From a virus, in the IMG/VR virus record IMGVR_UViG_3300036715_001290, positions 76,490 to 140,489 of that record: a stretch of DNA of 64,000 nt. The stretch is one strand, 5' to 3'. The translations under genes and the position numbers were made by a program. Below the pieces are notes generated by a model. That model searched no databases. It worked only from the letters and a program-made list of their open reading frames with translations, and was not told where the DNA came from. Shown piece by piece: positions 1 to 8,373 of the stretch (its first letter is position 1; every line of letters begins with the position of its first letter).

Positions 1-1
1 T

Positions 2-547
2 CCACCAAATACAGTTACTATTGAAACATTAAATGCACATATTGAAAAGGTTACATCAAATCTATTTGTACCAGATGCAATCATAGTTGATTATGGTGAT
101 CTTTTAAGACCTTCACATAAATATACTGATAGACGTTTTGAATTATCAGGTATATTTACCGATCTTAGAGCATTATCATTTACAAAGAAAATTCCTGTTA
201 TAACTGCATCACAAACAAACCGCTCTGGTTATTCAAGTGATATTGTTGGTGGTGACCAGATATCCGAAGATTTTGGTAAGGTTATGATTGGTGATTTTGT
301 ATTTTCAATGGCAAGAAAAATTGAAGATAAAATAAATAACACCGCTCGTATACATATTGTTAAAAATAGATTTGGTCCTGATGGTTTTGTATATCCTGCA
401 AAATTTGACCCATCTATCGGTGAGTTAAAAATATTTGATGCCGCATCTCCAGCAGGTCAAGTACTTAATAAGAGTATGTCATCAGAATCAAATGATAAGC
501 TTACTAAAAAAATATTAAAAGATACATATTTCAAAGGTAATAAATAG
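2..547 (+). CDS. Replicative DNA helicase, DnaB/T4 gp41 family (5'-truncated by the window)
   Basis: The frame from nt 2 reads ...DAIIVDYGDLL...IPVITASQTNRSG...ISEDFGKVMIGD...IVKNRFG. These are SF4 helicase motifs, and they extend upstream of the listed 284 ORF. Confidence 0.9.
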   Translation, partial: PPNTVTIETLNAHIEKVTSNLFVPDAIIVDYGDLLRPSHKYTDRRFELSGIFTDLRALSFTKKIPVITASQTNRSGYSSDIVGGDQISEDFGKVMIGDFVFSMARKIEDKINNTARIHIVKNRFGPDGFVYPAKFDPSIGELKIFDAASPAGQVLNKSMSSESNDKLTKKILKDTYFKGNK

Positions 548-549
548 TT

Positions 550-1314
550 ATGAAAAAGAAAAGGATAGTTTTTTGGAGCGGTGGATTGGATTCAACATAT
601 CTAATTCAAAAATCTTTAGAAGAAGGATATCTTGTAACCGCATGTTATATTAATATTGAAAATAATACTAATAAAGTTGTACGAGAAAAAGAAGCAATTG
701 AAAGATTATTACCTCATTTTAATAAAAGTAAAAACTTTAATTATATTAATGAATTATTAAATGTTAATGTACATCCACAAGGTATAGTTTCATTTTATCA
801 ATTTCCAATATTTATGCTAGGCATGATGTATTGTATGAATGAATATGATGAAATAGCATTGGCATATGTAATGAATGATGATTTTGTTTCATATCAAAAT
901 GAGGCAATAAAATTGTTTAATGCTGCTAGGTTATTTTCAATAAGTGATCATAAATGTAAATTAGTATTTCCATTAATTAAAAAACATAAATTCAATATAA
1001 TAGAATCATTAGATAATGATTTAATAAATTTAGTTACATTTTGTGAAAGTCAATATGCTAAGGATTTTTGTGGTACATGTACACCATGTAAAAAAATGAA
1101 AAGTGTTGATGAAAGATTATATAATACTTTACATGAAAAATATCATGATAACTTAGTTGTTAAAAATTTTACTGATAATGGTCATGGTGATGGTACTGAA
1201 TGGGTTAATGAACCAACGGAATCTGATGTTGAATTACTTAAAACTGTAATACATAAGAAAAATCACAGAAAAATCAAATCAAATAAAATGCCAACATCAA
1301 GTAAAAAAAGATAG
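550..1314 (+). CDS. queC: QueC-like PP-loop ATPase (7-cyano-7-deazaguanine synthase family)
   Basis: N-terminal SGGLDST PP-loop and C-terminal Zn motif TFC...CGTCTPC. Confidence 0.75.
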   Translation: MKKKRIVFWSGGLDSTYLIQKSLEEGYLVTACYINIENNTNKVVREKEAIERLLPHFNKSKNFNYINELLNVNVHPQGIVSFYQFPIFMLGMMYCMNEYDEIALAYVMNDDFVSYQNEAIKLFNAARLFSISDHKCKLVFPLIKKHKFNIIESLDNDLINLVTFCESQYAKDFCGTCTPCKKMKSVDERLYNTLHEKYHDNLVVKNFTDNGHGDGTEWVNEPTESDVELLKTVIHKKNHRKIKSNKMPTSSKKR

Positions 1315-1387
1315 CGATAATGACAATGAATTACTTACAACATATTAACTGTTTATATTTATATTTTTTACATTATAAGGAAATTAT

Positions 1388-3511
1388 ATGACAGTTCAAC
1401 CTATTGACTATTTACAGGAAATTTCAAATTTTATATTTACGAGTAAATATGCTCGTTATGTTGATGAAAAAAAACAAAGAGAAACTTGGGAACAAGCAAT
1501 AGATCGTAGCATGAATATGCATCTAAAAAAATATTCATTTCTACCAAAGGAAGATTTGGATGAAATAGTATGGGCATTTTTACAAATGAAAATGTATAAA
1601 GTATGTTCATCTATGAGATCATTACAATTTGGTGGTGCTGCAATTGAAGCACATAATGCTAGAATATATAATTGTGCAGTACGCCATATAGATTCATTAA
1701 GATCATTTTCAGAAGTATTTTATTTATTACTTTGTGGTTGTGGTGTTGGTTTAGGTTTATCTGATTTATTTCTAAAGAGGTTACCTAATCTTGCAGGATC
1801 TGAAGATAAGACAGGAACGGTATCGGTATATACTATTGATGATAGTATTGAAGGATGGGCAAATTCTGTTGAAGCATTATTAATGAGTTACTTTAAAAAT
1901 ACACCATTCACTGGTAAAAAAATAGTTTTCGATTATTCAAAAATTCGTAAAAAAGGTGCAAAGTTAAAAACTGGTGGTGGTAAAGCACCTGGGTATGCAG
2001 GTCTTAAGAAAGCACATATTAAAATTAAAAAGATTTTAGATTTTATTATTGAAGAACAAGGTCAATATAGAATTAATAGTGTTAACTGTTATGATATATT
2101 AATGCATTGTGCAGATGCTGTTTTAAGTGGTGGTATTCGTAGAGCTGCAACATCAGTTATGTTTGCATTTGATGATTCAGGAATGATGAATGCAAAAATA
2201 AATGTTAAGGTACATAAATATGGTTTATTTGAATTAGATACTAAGACAGGTAAATATGAAGGAAATGTTCATGTTAAAGATGAAACATATTTCAAATCAC
2301 AAAGATATGAAGTACATTTAACCGAATGGGAATTGGGTAATCTTAAGGAAAATAATGAAGTAGGTTGGCATCATATTTATCCACAACGTGCACGTAGTAA
2401 TAACAGTGTATTATTTTTACGAGATAAAGTAACAAAGGAACAATTTACAGCAGCGGTACTTAATACAAAACAATGGGGTGAACCTGGGTTTGTGTTTGGT
2501 GATTTCTTAGATATACTTTATAATCCTTGTTATGAAGTTGGTTTTAGACCTGTATTATCAAGTGGTGTCTGCGGTGTACAGTTTTGCAATTTAACTACTA
2601 AAAATGGTGCATTAATTAAAACAGTTGAAGATTATTACACTGCATCAAAAGCAAGTGCTATCATTGGTACATTACAAGCAGGATATACTAATTTTCCATT
2701 TTTAGGACCTGCATCAAAAGAATTAACTGAAGATGAAGCATTATTAGGTTGTTCAATGACAGGTGTTATGGATAATCCTGATATTTTACTTAATCCTGAA
2801 TATCAAAGAAATGCCGCAAAAATAATAAAAGATACTAATAAATTATGGGCTAAGAAAATTGGTATTAATCAAGCTGCACGTGTTACTGTTGAAAAACCTG
2901 AAGGTACTTCATCAATAGTTGTTAAATCAGCTAGTGGTATGGGTCCACATGAATCTCATAAATATATTCGTAGAGTTCAAATGAATAAAATGGATAATGT
3001 TTATAATCATTTCAAAAAATCAAACCCACATATGACAGAAGAATCCGTTTGGTCGGCTAATAAAACTGATGATGTTATATCGTTTCCTATTGTAGTACCT
3101 AAAACATCAATGGTTAAAGCCGATTTAACAGCATTAAAACATTTAGAATATATTAAATCAACACAAATAAATTACATACTTGAAGGTGCAACAAAAAGAA
3201 ATGTTAAAAAAATATCAAATAATGTTAGTTGTACTGTAATTGTCGCTGATGATGAATGGAATGATGTTATTGATTATTTATATGATAACCGTAAGTATTT
3301 TTCAGCAGTATCATTATTACCTAAAATGGGAAGTAAAATGTATCGTCAAGCACCTATGGAATCAATTGAAACATTAGAAGATGAAAAGATGTGGGATAAA
3401 ATAGTTAAAAATTATAAACATGTTGATTATTCAACAATGATTGAAAATTCAGATGAAACCAATATGATGGCTGAGGCAAGTTGTTATGGTGGTGCATGTA
3501 ATATTGTTTAA
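1388..3511 (+). CDS. nrdJ: Class II (adenosylcobalamin-dependent) ribonucleotide reductase
   Basis: Motifs SKYAR, YNC, GCGVG, SGGIRRAA, RARSNNS, GEPG, NPCYE, FCNL and KPEGT, plus C-terminal CYGGAC. Confidence 0.92.
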   Translation: MTVQPIDYLQEISNFIFTSKYARYVDEKKQRETWEQAIDRSMNMHLKKYSFLPKEDLDEIVWAFLQMKMYKVCSSMRSLQFGGAAIEAHNARIYNCAVRHIDSLRSFSEVFYLLLCGCGVGLGLSDLFLKRLPNLAGSEDKTGTVSVYTIDDSIEGWANSVEALLMSYFKNTPFTGKKIVFDYSKIRKKGAKLKTGGGKAPGYAGLKKAHIKIKKILDFIIEEQGQYRINSVNCYDILMHCADAVLSGGIRRAATSVMFAFDDSGMMNAKINVKVHKYGLFELDTKTGKYEGNVHVKDETYFKSQRYEVHLTEWELGNLKENNEVGWHHIYPQRARSNNSVLFLRDKVTKEQFTAAVLNTKQWGEPGFVFGDFLDILYNPCYEVGFRPVLSSGVCGVQFCNLTTKNGALIKTVEDYYTASKASAIIGTLQAGYTNFPFLGPASKELTEDEALLGCSMTGVMDNPDILLNPEYQRNAAKIIKDTNKLWAKKIGINQAARVTVEKPEGTSSIVVKSASGMGPHESHKYIRRVQMNKMDNVYNHFKKSNPHMTEESVWSANKTDDVISFPIVVPKTSMVKADLTALKHLEYIKSTQINYILEGATKRNVKKISNNVSCTVIVADDEWNDVIDYLYDNRKYFSAVSLLPKMGSKMYRQAPMESIETLEDEKMWDKIVKNYKHVDYSTMIENSDETNMMAEASCYGGACNIV

Positions 3512-3530
3512 TTTTAGGAAAAACTAATAT

Positions 3531-4052
3531 ATGAAATTAATATGTTTATTAAATGAAAAAGAATCATATTGGTATTTAGGTTCAAATCCAACAGCCGATG
3601 CGGCCGTATTTAAGAAAGTTAATAATAATATATTATTATTATTGATTAAACGTAAAGGTGAAATTGAACATGGAAAGTGGGCACTCCCAGGTGGTTTTGT
3701 AGATACGCTTTCTAAAAAAGGTGAACCGTGGAAACAAGACAAAGAAACACCAAAACAAGCAATTATACGAGAATTAATAGAAGAAACAGGATTAAATATC
3801 TCAAATATTGCCAACATGTTGAAAAAAATAGGTACATATAAAGGACATAAAAGAGATCCAAGGGATAATGATAAAGGTTGGTCATTATCTAATGCATATG
3901 CAATATTATTACCTAATGATTTTAATACATCAAATATAAATGCAAAAGATGATGCTAGTGAATTAAAGTGGTTTGATATTAAAAGTTTACCAAATTTGGC
4001 ATTTGATCATAGTATTATTATAAAACATGCAATATCAAGAATATTTAGATGA
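3531..4052 (+). CDS. NUDIX hydrolase (ADP-ribose pyrophosphatase/NrtR-like)
   Basis: Nudix box WALPGGFVD...ET...AIIRELIEETGL, plus RDPR, DDA and LAFDH. Confidence 0.88.
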   Translation: MKLICLLNEKESYWYLGSNPTADAAVFKKVNNNILLLLIKRKGEIEHGKWALPGGFVDTLSKKGEPWKQDKETPKQAIIRELIEETGLNISNIANMLKKIGTYKGHKRDPRDNDKGWSLSNAYAILLPNDFNTSNINAKDDASELKWFDIKSLPNLAFDHSIIIKHAISRIFR

Positions 4053-4111
4053 AAATTATAATTACTTATATTTATTATTAAACACATTATTTCCCAAAAG
4101 AGGATATTATT

Positions 4112-4636
4112 ATGAAATTAAGTTCAGTTATAGCGGCTCCAGCCGTAATTCAAGAAGTCGCTAATGATTTTAAGAACATACCATTAAAAGGTAAAAAAAC
4201 AAAAGTAGAAATGTTTTGGGAATATAAATTATTACCTGCTACATTTGATATTGATTTTGGTTATAAAATTAATTTTGATAAAAAACAAGTAGATTATCAT
4301 TTTGCATCAGCCGATGGTAAAATGGATACTGGTGGTATCTATTATGAAGTTGTTAAACCATATTTCTCAGAAAGAACCATTTTAACAAAAGCTAAAAATA
4401 TTGGTATACCTGAATTTGTAGTTAAATATTGTAACTATGGTGGTGATAGTGATTTACATTCTATTAACATTAAACGTACATACGTATTTAACTTTTCACA
4501 TACAATAACTTTTGAAGCAAAGGATTATAAAAAGACTTTTACAAAGGACCAAATAATGAAATTGGCTCAAGATTGGGTTAATAAAGCAGAGAATGTTTTA
4601 TTTCCAGATACCGATTTCTATAAAATAACAAAATAA
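4112..4636 (+). CDS. Hypothetical protein with MKL...E N-terminal motif
   Basis: 174-aa ORF with GAGGA RBS and an upstream ATATTTAT element. Confidence 0.7.
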   Translation: MKLSSVIAAPAVIQEVANDFKNIPLKGKKTKVEMFWEYKLLPATFDIDFGYKINFDKKQVDYHFASADGKMDTGGIYYEVVKPYFSERTILTKAKNIGIPEFVVKYCNYGGDSDLHSINIKRTYVFNFSHTITFEAKDYKKTFTKDQIMKLAQDWVNKAENVLFPDTDFYKITK

Positions 4637-4645
4637 GGAATCAAT

Positions 4646-5050
4646 ATGAAACTAAATAGCGTAATAAAAGAATATGGTATGAACAAAGATGTTCTTAAAC
4701 CTGGGAAATCTTATAAAATAAAAACCGTAAAAAATGATTATGATTTATTTGTATTAGATGTAACGGTTGCTGGTCCTTGTTTGTACAAAGCAAATGAAGT
4801 TGCAGTTGTTGCTGATTTTTATGAAGTAACCGTAAGTGTATTTGATAAAGGTGGTCAAGAACAATTTTCACAAGAGACTGAGTTTGTAACACGAACAAAG
4901 TTAAAAGAAACAAATGCAGGTGAAGTTGCAAAATTAATTGCAAATATAGCAGGTAATACTTTAAGTAAATTGGAAATGAATATTTCACGTACAGTTGATA
5001 ATTTATTAACTACAGATTTACCTAATAAAGCAAAGGCCGTTAAATTATGA
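4646..5050 (+). CDS. Hypothetical protein with MKLNSVIKE N-terminus
   Basis: 134-aa ORF with AAGGA RBS. Confidence 0.7.
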   Translation: MKLNSVIKEYGMNKDVLKPGKSYKIKTVKNDYDLFVLDVTVAGPCLYKANEVAVVADFYEVTVSVFDKGGQEQFSQETEFVTRTKLKETNAGEVAKLIANIAGNTLSKLEMNISRTVDNLLTTDLPNKAKAVKL

Positions 5051-5448
5051 AGTTAAATACACTCTTAAAAGAAGCACCTGTTGGTAAATTAACACCTTAT
5101 AAAGGTAGTCAAATAACTGGTAATGATACATCTATAATGAAAGTTAAATCAGAATTGTTTTACGTTGGTGTTAAATTAAGTGTACCTTATACTGATGAAG
5201 CCGGTGATATATATTATATATACTATGTTGAAATTCAAGATAAAGCTAAAAGTAAAACTGGTTGGTATATGCAAGAACGTTTGGTTGTAAAAATAACAAA
5301 AAAATATAAAGACCAAAATGCATTAACTAAAAGAATAATAGAAATTGTATATGCTGAAATTAGAAAGCTTGAAAAATCTATTATTCCATTAGGTACACAA
5401 TGTACAGAAACTATAAAAGAACGTGTTAGTTTAATTAGTAATTCATAA
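5047..5448 (+). CDS. Hypothetical protein with MKLNTLLKE N-terminus
   Basis: 133-aa ORF coupled to the previous gene by an ATGA overlap. Confidence 0.7.
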   Translation: MKLNTLLKEAPVGKLTPYKGSQITGNDTSIMKVKSELFYVGVKLSVPYTDEAGDIYYIYYVEIQDKAKSKTGWYMQERLVVKITKKYKDQNALTKRIIEIVYAEIRKLEKSIIPLGTQCTETIKERVSLISNS

Positions 5449-5462
5449 TAACATTATTTTAT

Positions 5463-5506
5463 AAATCGCCTATAATAAAGACATTTGAAAGTATTATAGG
5501 CGATTT
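5463..5506. terminator. Long inverted repeat, terminator-like
   Basis: 15-bp stem AAATCGCCTATAATA...TATTATAGGCGATTT between gene blocks. Confidence 0.6.
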
Positions 5507-5548
5507 GTAGTGTATATTTATAAACATATGATATAATAAAGGTTACAA

Positions 5549-7147
5549 ATGATTGACTGGAGACCATATTTTCCTTACGAATCTCCTCGTGAACAACAAA
5601 TACAAGCATTAGATTTTATATTCAAATCATGGTTTGAAGATAAAAAGAAATTTGCTATACTTGATGCACCTACAGGTGTAGGTAAGTCGGCAATTGCAAT
5701 GACTGTTGCTAATTTTTTTAAAGATGATAGAAATAAAATTAATTCATCATTACGTGGTAGTTATGTAGTTACTACGGAAACAATTCTACAATCACAATAT
5801 ACAAATGAGTACTCAGATAAACTTGCTAGCATTTGGTCTAAGAAAAGATATAAATGTGAAGGTAGAGGTGGTGTGACTTGTGATGTTGGTACTATTGTTA
5901 ATAAGATGACAGGTGGTATATTTTGTAAATGTCAATATCTAAAAGATAAAGAAAGTTTTATTAAAAGTGATATATCACTAACCAATATGACATTTTTATT
6001 AAATCAATTTGAACATGGTAAAGCAAAGTTTGATACTATTAATCGTAATTGTATGATTATAGATGAAGCTCATAATGCAGAACGTATTATGACTGATTTT
6101 GCTACAATAGAATTAAGTAAATATTATTTAGAATCTCATAATATAGCTTGGATAGTAAATAATAAACTTGATTATGATAAATTGATTGAATGGGCTCGTG
6201 ATGTTGTATTTAAGAAATTAGCAATTAAAAAAGTTGCTATGAATGAACGTCTTGAGAGTTATGCAAAATTAAAAACAAATGTTGAAAATAATGCATCATA
6301 TAAAAAACTTATGGATGATTATATTAATATTGATAAGTTTGTATGTCATTTAGGAATGTTTTTCAAATTGTATGAAAAAAACAAATGGGTATTTTATACA
6401 AATGAAGACCAAACAAGTATATTCTTTAAACCATTATTTTCAAATGAGTTCATGAATATGCTTTATGATAAAGGTGAAAAAATATTATTAATGTCGGCAA
6501 CTATTTTAGATGATAAAATATTTACAAAAGCAAATGGTATTACTAATTATACATATATGACATTAACTTCACCATTTCCTAAAGAAAATAGACCTATACA
6601 TCATTTAGATTGTGGTCAATTAAATATGAAGTCAATTTCTAAAACAATGCCTACAATAATTAGTACTATTGAATCATTATTAAGTTTACCTGAACATGCA
6701 AATCAAAAAGGTATTATTCATTGTAATTCATATTTAATATCAAAAGCAATTCAAGCAGGTGTTAAAAATAGACGTTTAATATTTCATAAAACTAGTGATA
6801 GAGCAGAAGCATTAAAGAAACATCTATTAAGTGATGGTCCTACCGTTTTGGTATCACCATCATTAACCGAAGGTTTGGATTTGATTGATGATTTATCAAG
6901 ATTTCAGATTATAGTAAAAGTACCATTTCCATACTTAGGAGATCATTATATAAAAGCAAAAATGAATCTTATTGATGATTGGTACCAATGGCAAACTGTT
7001 AAATGTATAGTTCAATCTTCAGGACGTAGTGTAAGATCTGAAACTGATTATGCAACTACATATATTTTAGATGGTGATTTTAAGTGGTTTTATAAAAAAA
7101 ATATTAGTATGTTCCCACTTTGGTGGAGAGAGGCATTAACAATTTAA
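5549..7147 (+). CDS. DinG/Rad3-like SF2 helicase
   Basis: Q motif PREQQ, Walker A APTGVGKS, DEAH, MSAT, EGLD, KVPFP and QSSGRSVR. Confidence 0.9.
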   Translation: MIDWRPYFPYESPREQQIQALDFIFKSWFEDKKKFAILDAPTGVGKSAIAMTVANFFKDDRNKINSSLRGSYVVTTETILQSQYTNEYSDKLASIWSKKRYKCEGRGGVTCDVGTIVNKMTGGIFCKCQYLKDKESFIKSDISLTNMTFLLNQFEHGKAKFDTINRNCMIIDEAHNAERIMTDFATIELSKYYLESHNIAWIVNNKLDYDKLIEWARDVVFKKLAIKKVAMNERLESYAKLKTNVENNASYKKLMDDYINIDKFVCHLGMFFKLYEKNKWVFYTNEDQTSIFFKPLFSNEFMNMLYDKGEKILLMSATILDDKIFTKANGITNYTYMTLTSPFPKENRPIHHLDCGQLNMKSISKTMPTIISTIESLLSLPEHANQKGIIHCNSYLISKAIQAGVKNRRLIFHKTSDRAEALKKHLLSDGPTVLVSPSLTEGLDLIDDLSRFQIIVKVPFPYLGDHYIKAKMNLIDDWYQWQTVKCIVQSSGRSVRSETDYATTYILDGDFKWFYKKNISMFPLWWREALTI

Positions 7148-8325
7148 TGGAAAAAATATCATTCATTATAAGTAATTATAATACTGTTAATTATACTGCA
7201 TTTTGTTATAATAGCATTAGAGAAAATTTAGGATATGAACATGAAGTTGTATTAATTTCTGATGGTTCAACAGATGCTACTGAATTATATTTACAACAAA
7301 TAAAAGAAGTAGACCCAAATGTTATAATTCATATAAATCAAAAAGAATCAATAGGTATAGCTCATTCATATAATATGGGTGTAAAATTAGCAACAAATGA
7401 AATTGTTTGTATATTACATTCTGATATGTATGTTCCTAAAGGATTTGATGAAACTGTATTAAAATATTTAGGAACAAAATATGATTTCATTACTACGTAT
7501 AGATGCGAACCACCACTTTATGGTGAATCTATGGATAAGCATTTAGCATATTATGGTAATGATATTGAATCATTTATGAAAAATGATTATGATAAATGGA
7601 ATGCAGATTTATCAAAACGTGAAGGACAAACTCAAGCAAGAATGTGTTTTCCATTTATAACAACAAAAACTACATATTGGTCAGTTGGTGGTAATGATAC
7701 ATTATTTCTAAAATATATGGTTGATGATGATGATTTCTATTTAAGATTGGTTATGAATGAAGTAAGATATGCCCAAATAATGGATACTTCAGTTTATCAT
7801 TTTTGTAGTAGGTCAACTAAATTCAAAGATGGTGTAAGTAATGAAGGTAGTTTAGAATGGAATACACAATATCAAAAATCAACACGTAATTTTATTAGAA
7901 AGTGGGGATATTCCCAAGGATCCATTTATAATAATAAAATGGATATAGTTCCAATACCTACATATAATACTCATTTAATTTGTATGTCATTAACTTTAGA
8001 ACAACTTGGTGCCGTTGAACCGTGGTTTAGATTTATTACATGTAATAAAGATATATATGATGAATATGTTAAATTGGAACAAAATAATACATTAATTAAT
8101 TTAGATTCTAAATTTACAACAGATGTATCAAATTCCGATGTATTAGTTGAGATTGAAAATCTAAATCCAGAAATGTTTAAGGTTTTTAATGTATTACAAA
8201 AAGTTATTTTCAATACCAAAATAGGTAAGCATAATATTAATGAGTTTGGTATTTTATTAACTATAAAAAATAAGATAGATCTTTCTGAGTCATTAATAGT
8301 CAATGATAGATTATATCATTGTTGA
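7147..8325 (+). CDS. Glycosyltransferase family 2
   Basis: Motifs ISFIISNYN, SDGSTD and LHSD. The start is probably MEKISF at 7147. Confidence 0.85.
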   Translation: MEKISFIISNYNTVNYTAFCYNSIRENLGYEHEVVLISDGSTDATELYLQQIKEVDPNVIIHINQKESIGIAHSYNMGVKLATNEIVCILHSDMYVPKGFDETVLKYLGTKYDFITTYRCEPPLYGESMDKHLAYYGNDIESFMKNDYDKWNADLSKREGQTQARMCFPFITTKTTYWSVGGNDTLFLKYMVDDDDFYLRLVMNEVRYAQIMDTSVYHFCSRSTKFKDGVSNEGSLEWNTQYQKSTRNFIRKWGYSQGSIYNNKMDIVPIPTYNTHLICMSLTLEQLGAVEPWFRFITCNKDIYDEYVKLEQNNTLINLDSKFTTDVSNSDVLVEIENLNPEMFKVFNVLQKVIFNTKIGKHNINEFGILLTIKNKIDLSESLIVNDRLYHC

Positions 8326-8350
8326 CATTTCAAAAATAAATAGTTATATT
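8322..8350 (+). promoter_or_regulatory. Sigma70-type phage promoter upstream of DNA polymerase
   Basis: TTGACA-N17-TATATT. Confidence 0.75.
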
Positions 8351-8373
8351 ACTATATAAATTAAAGGTTATTC

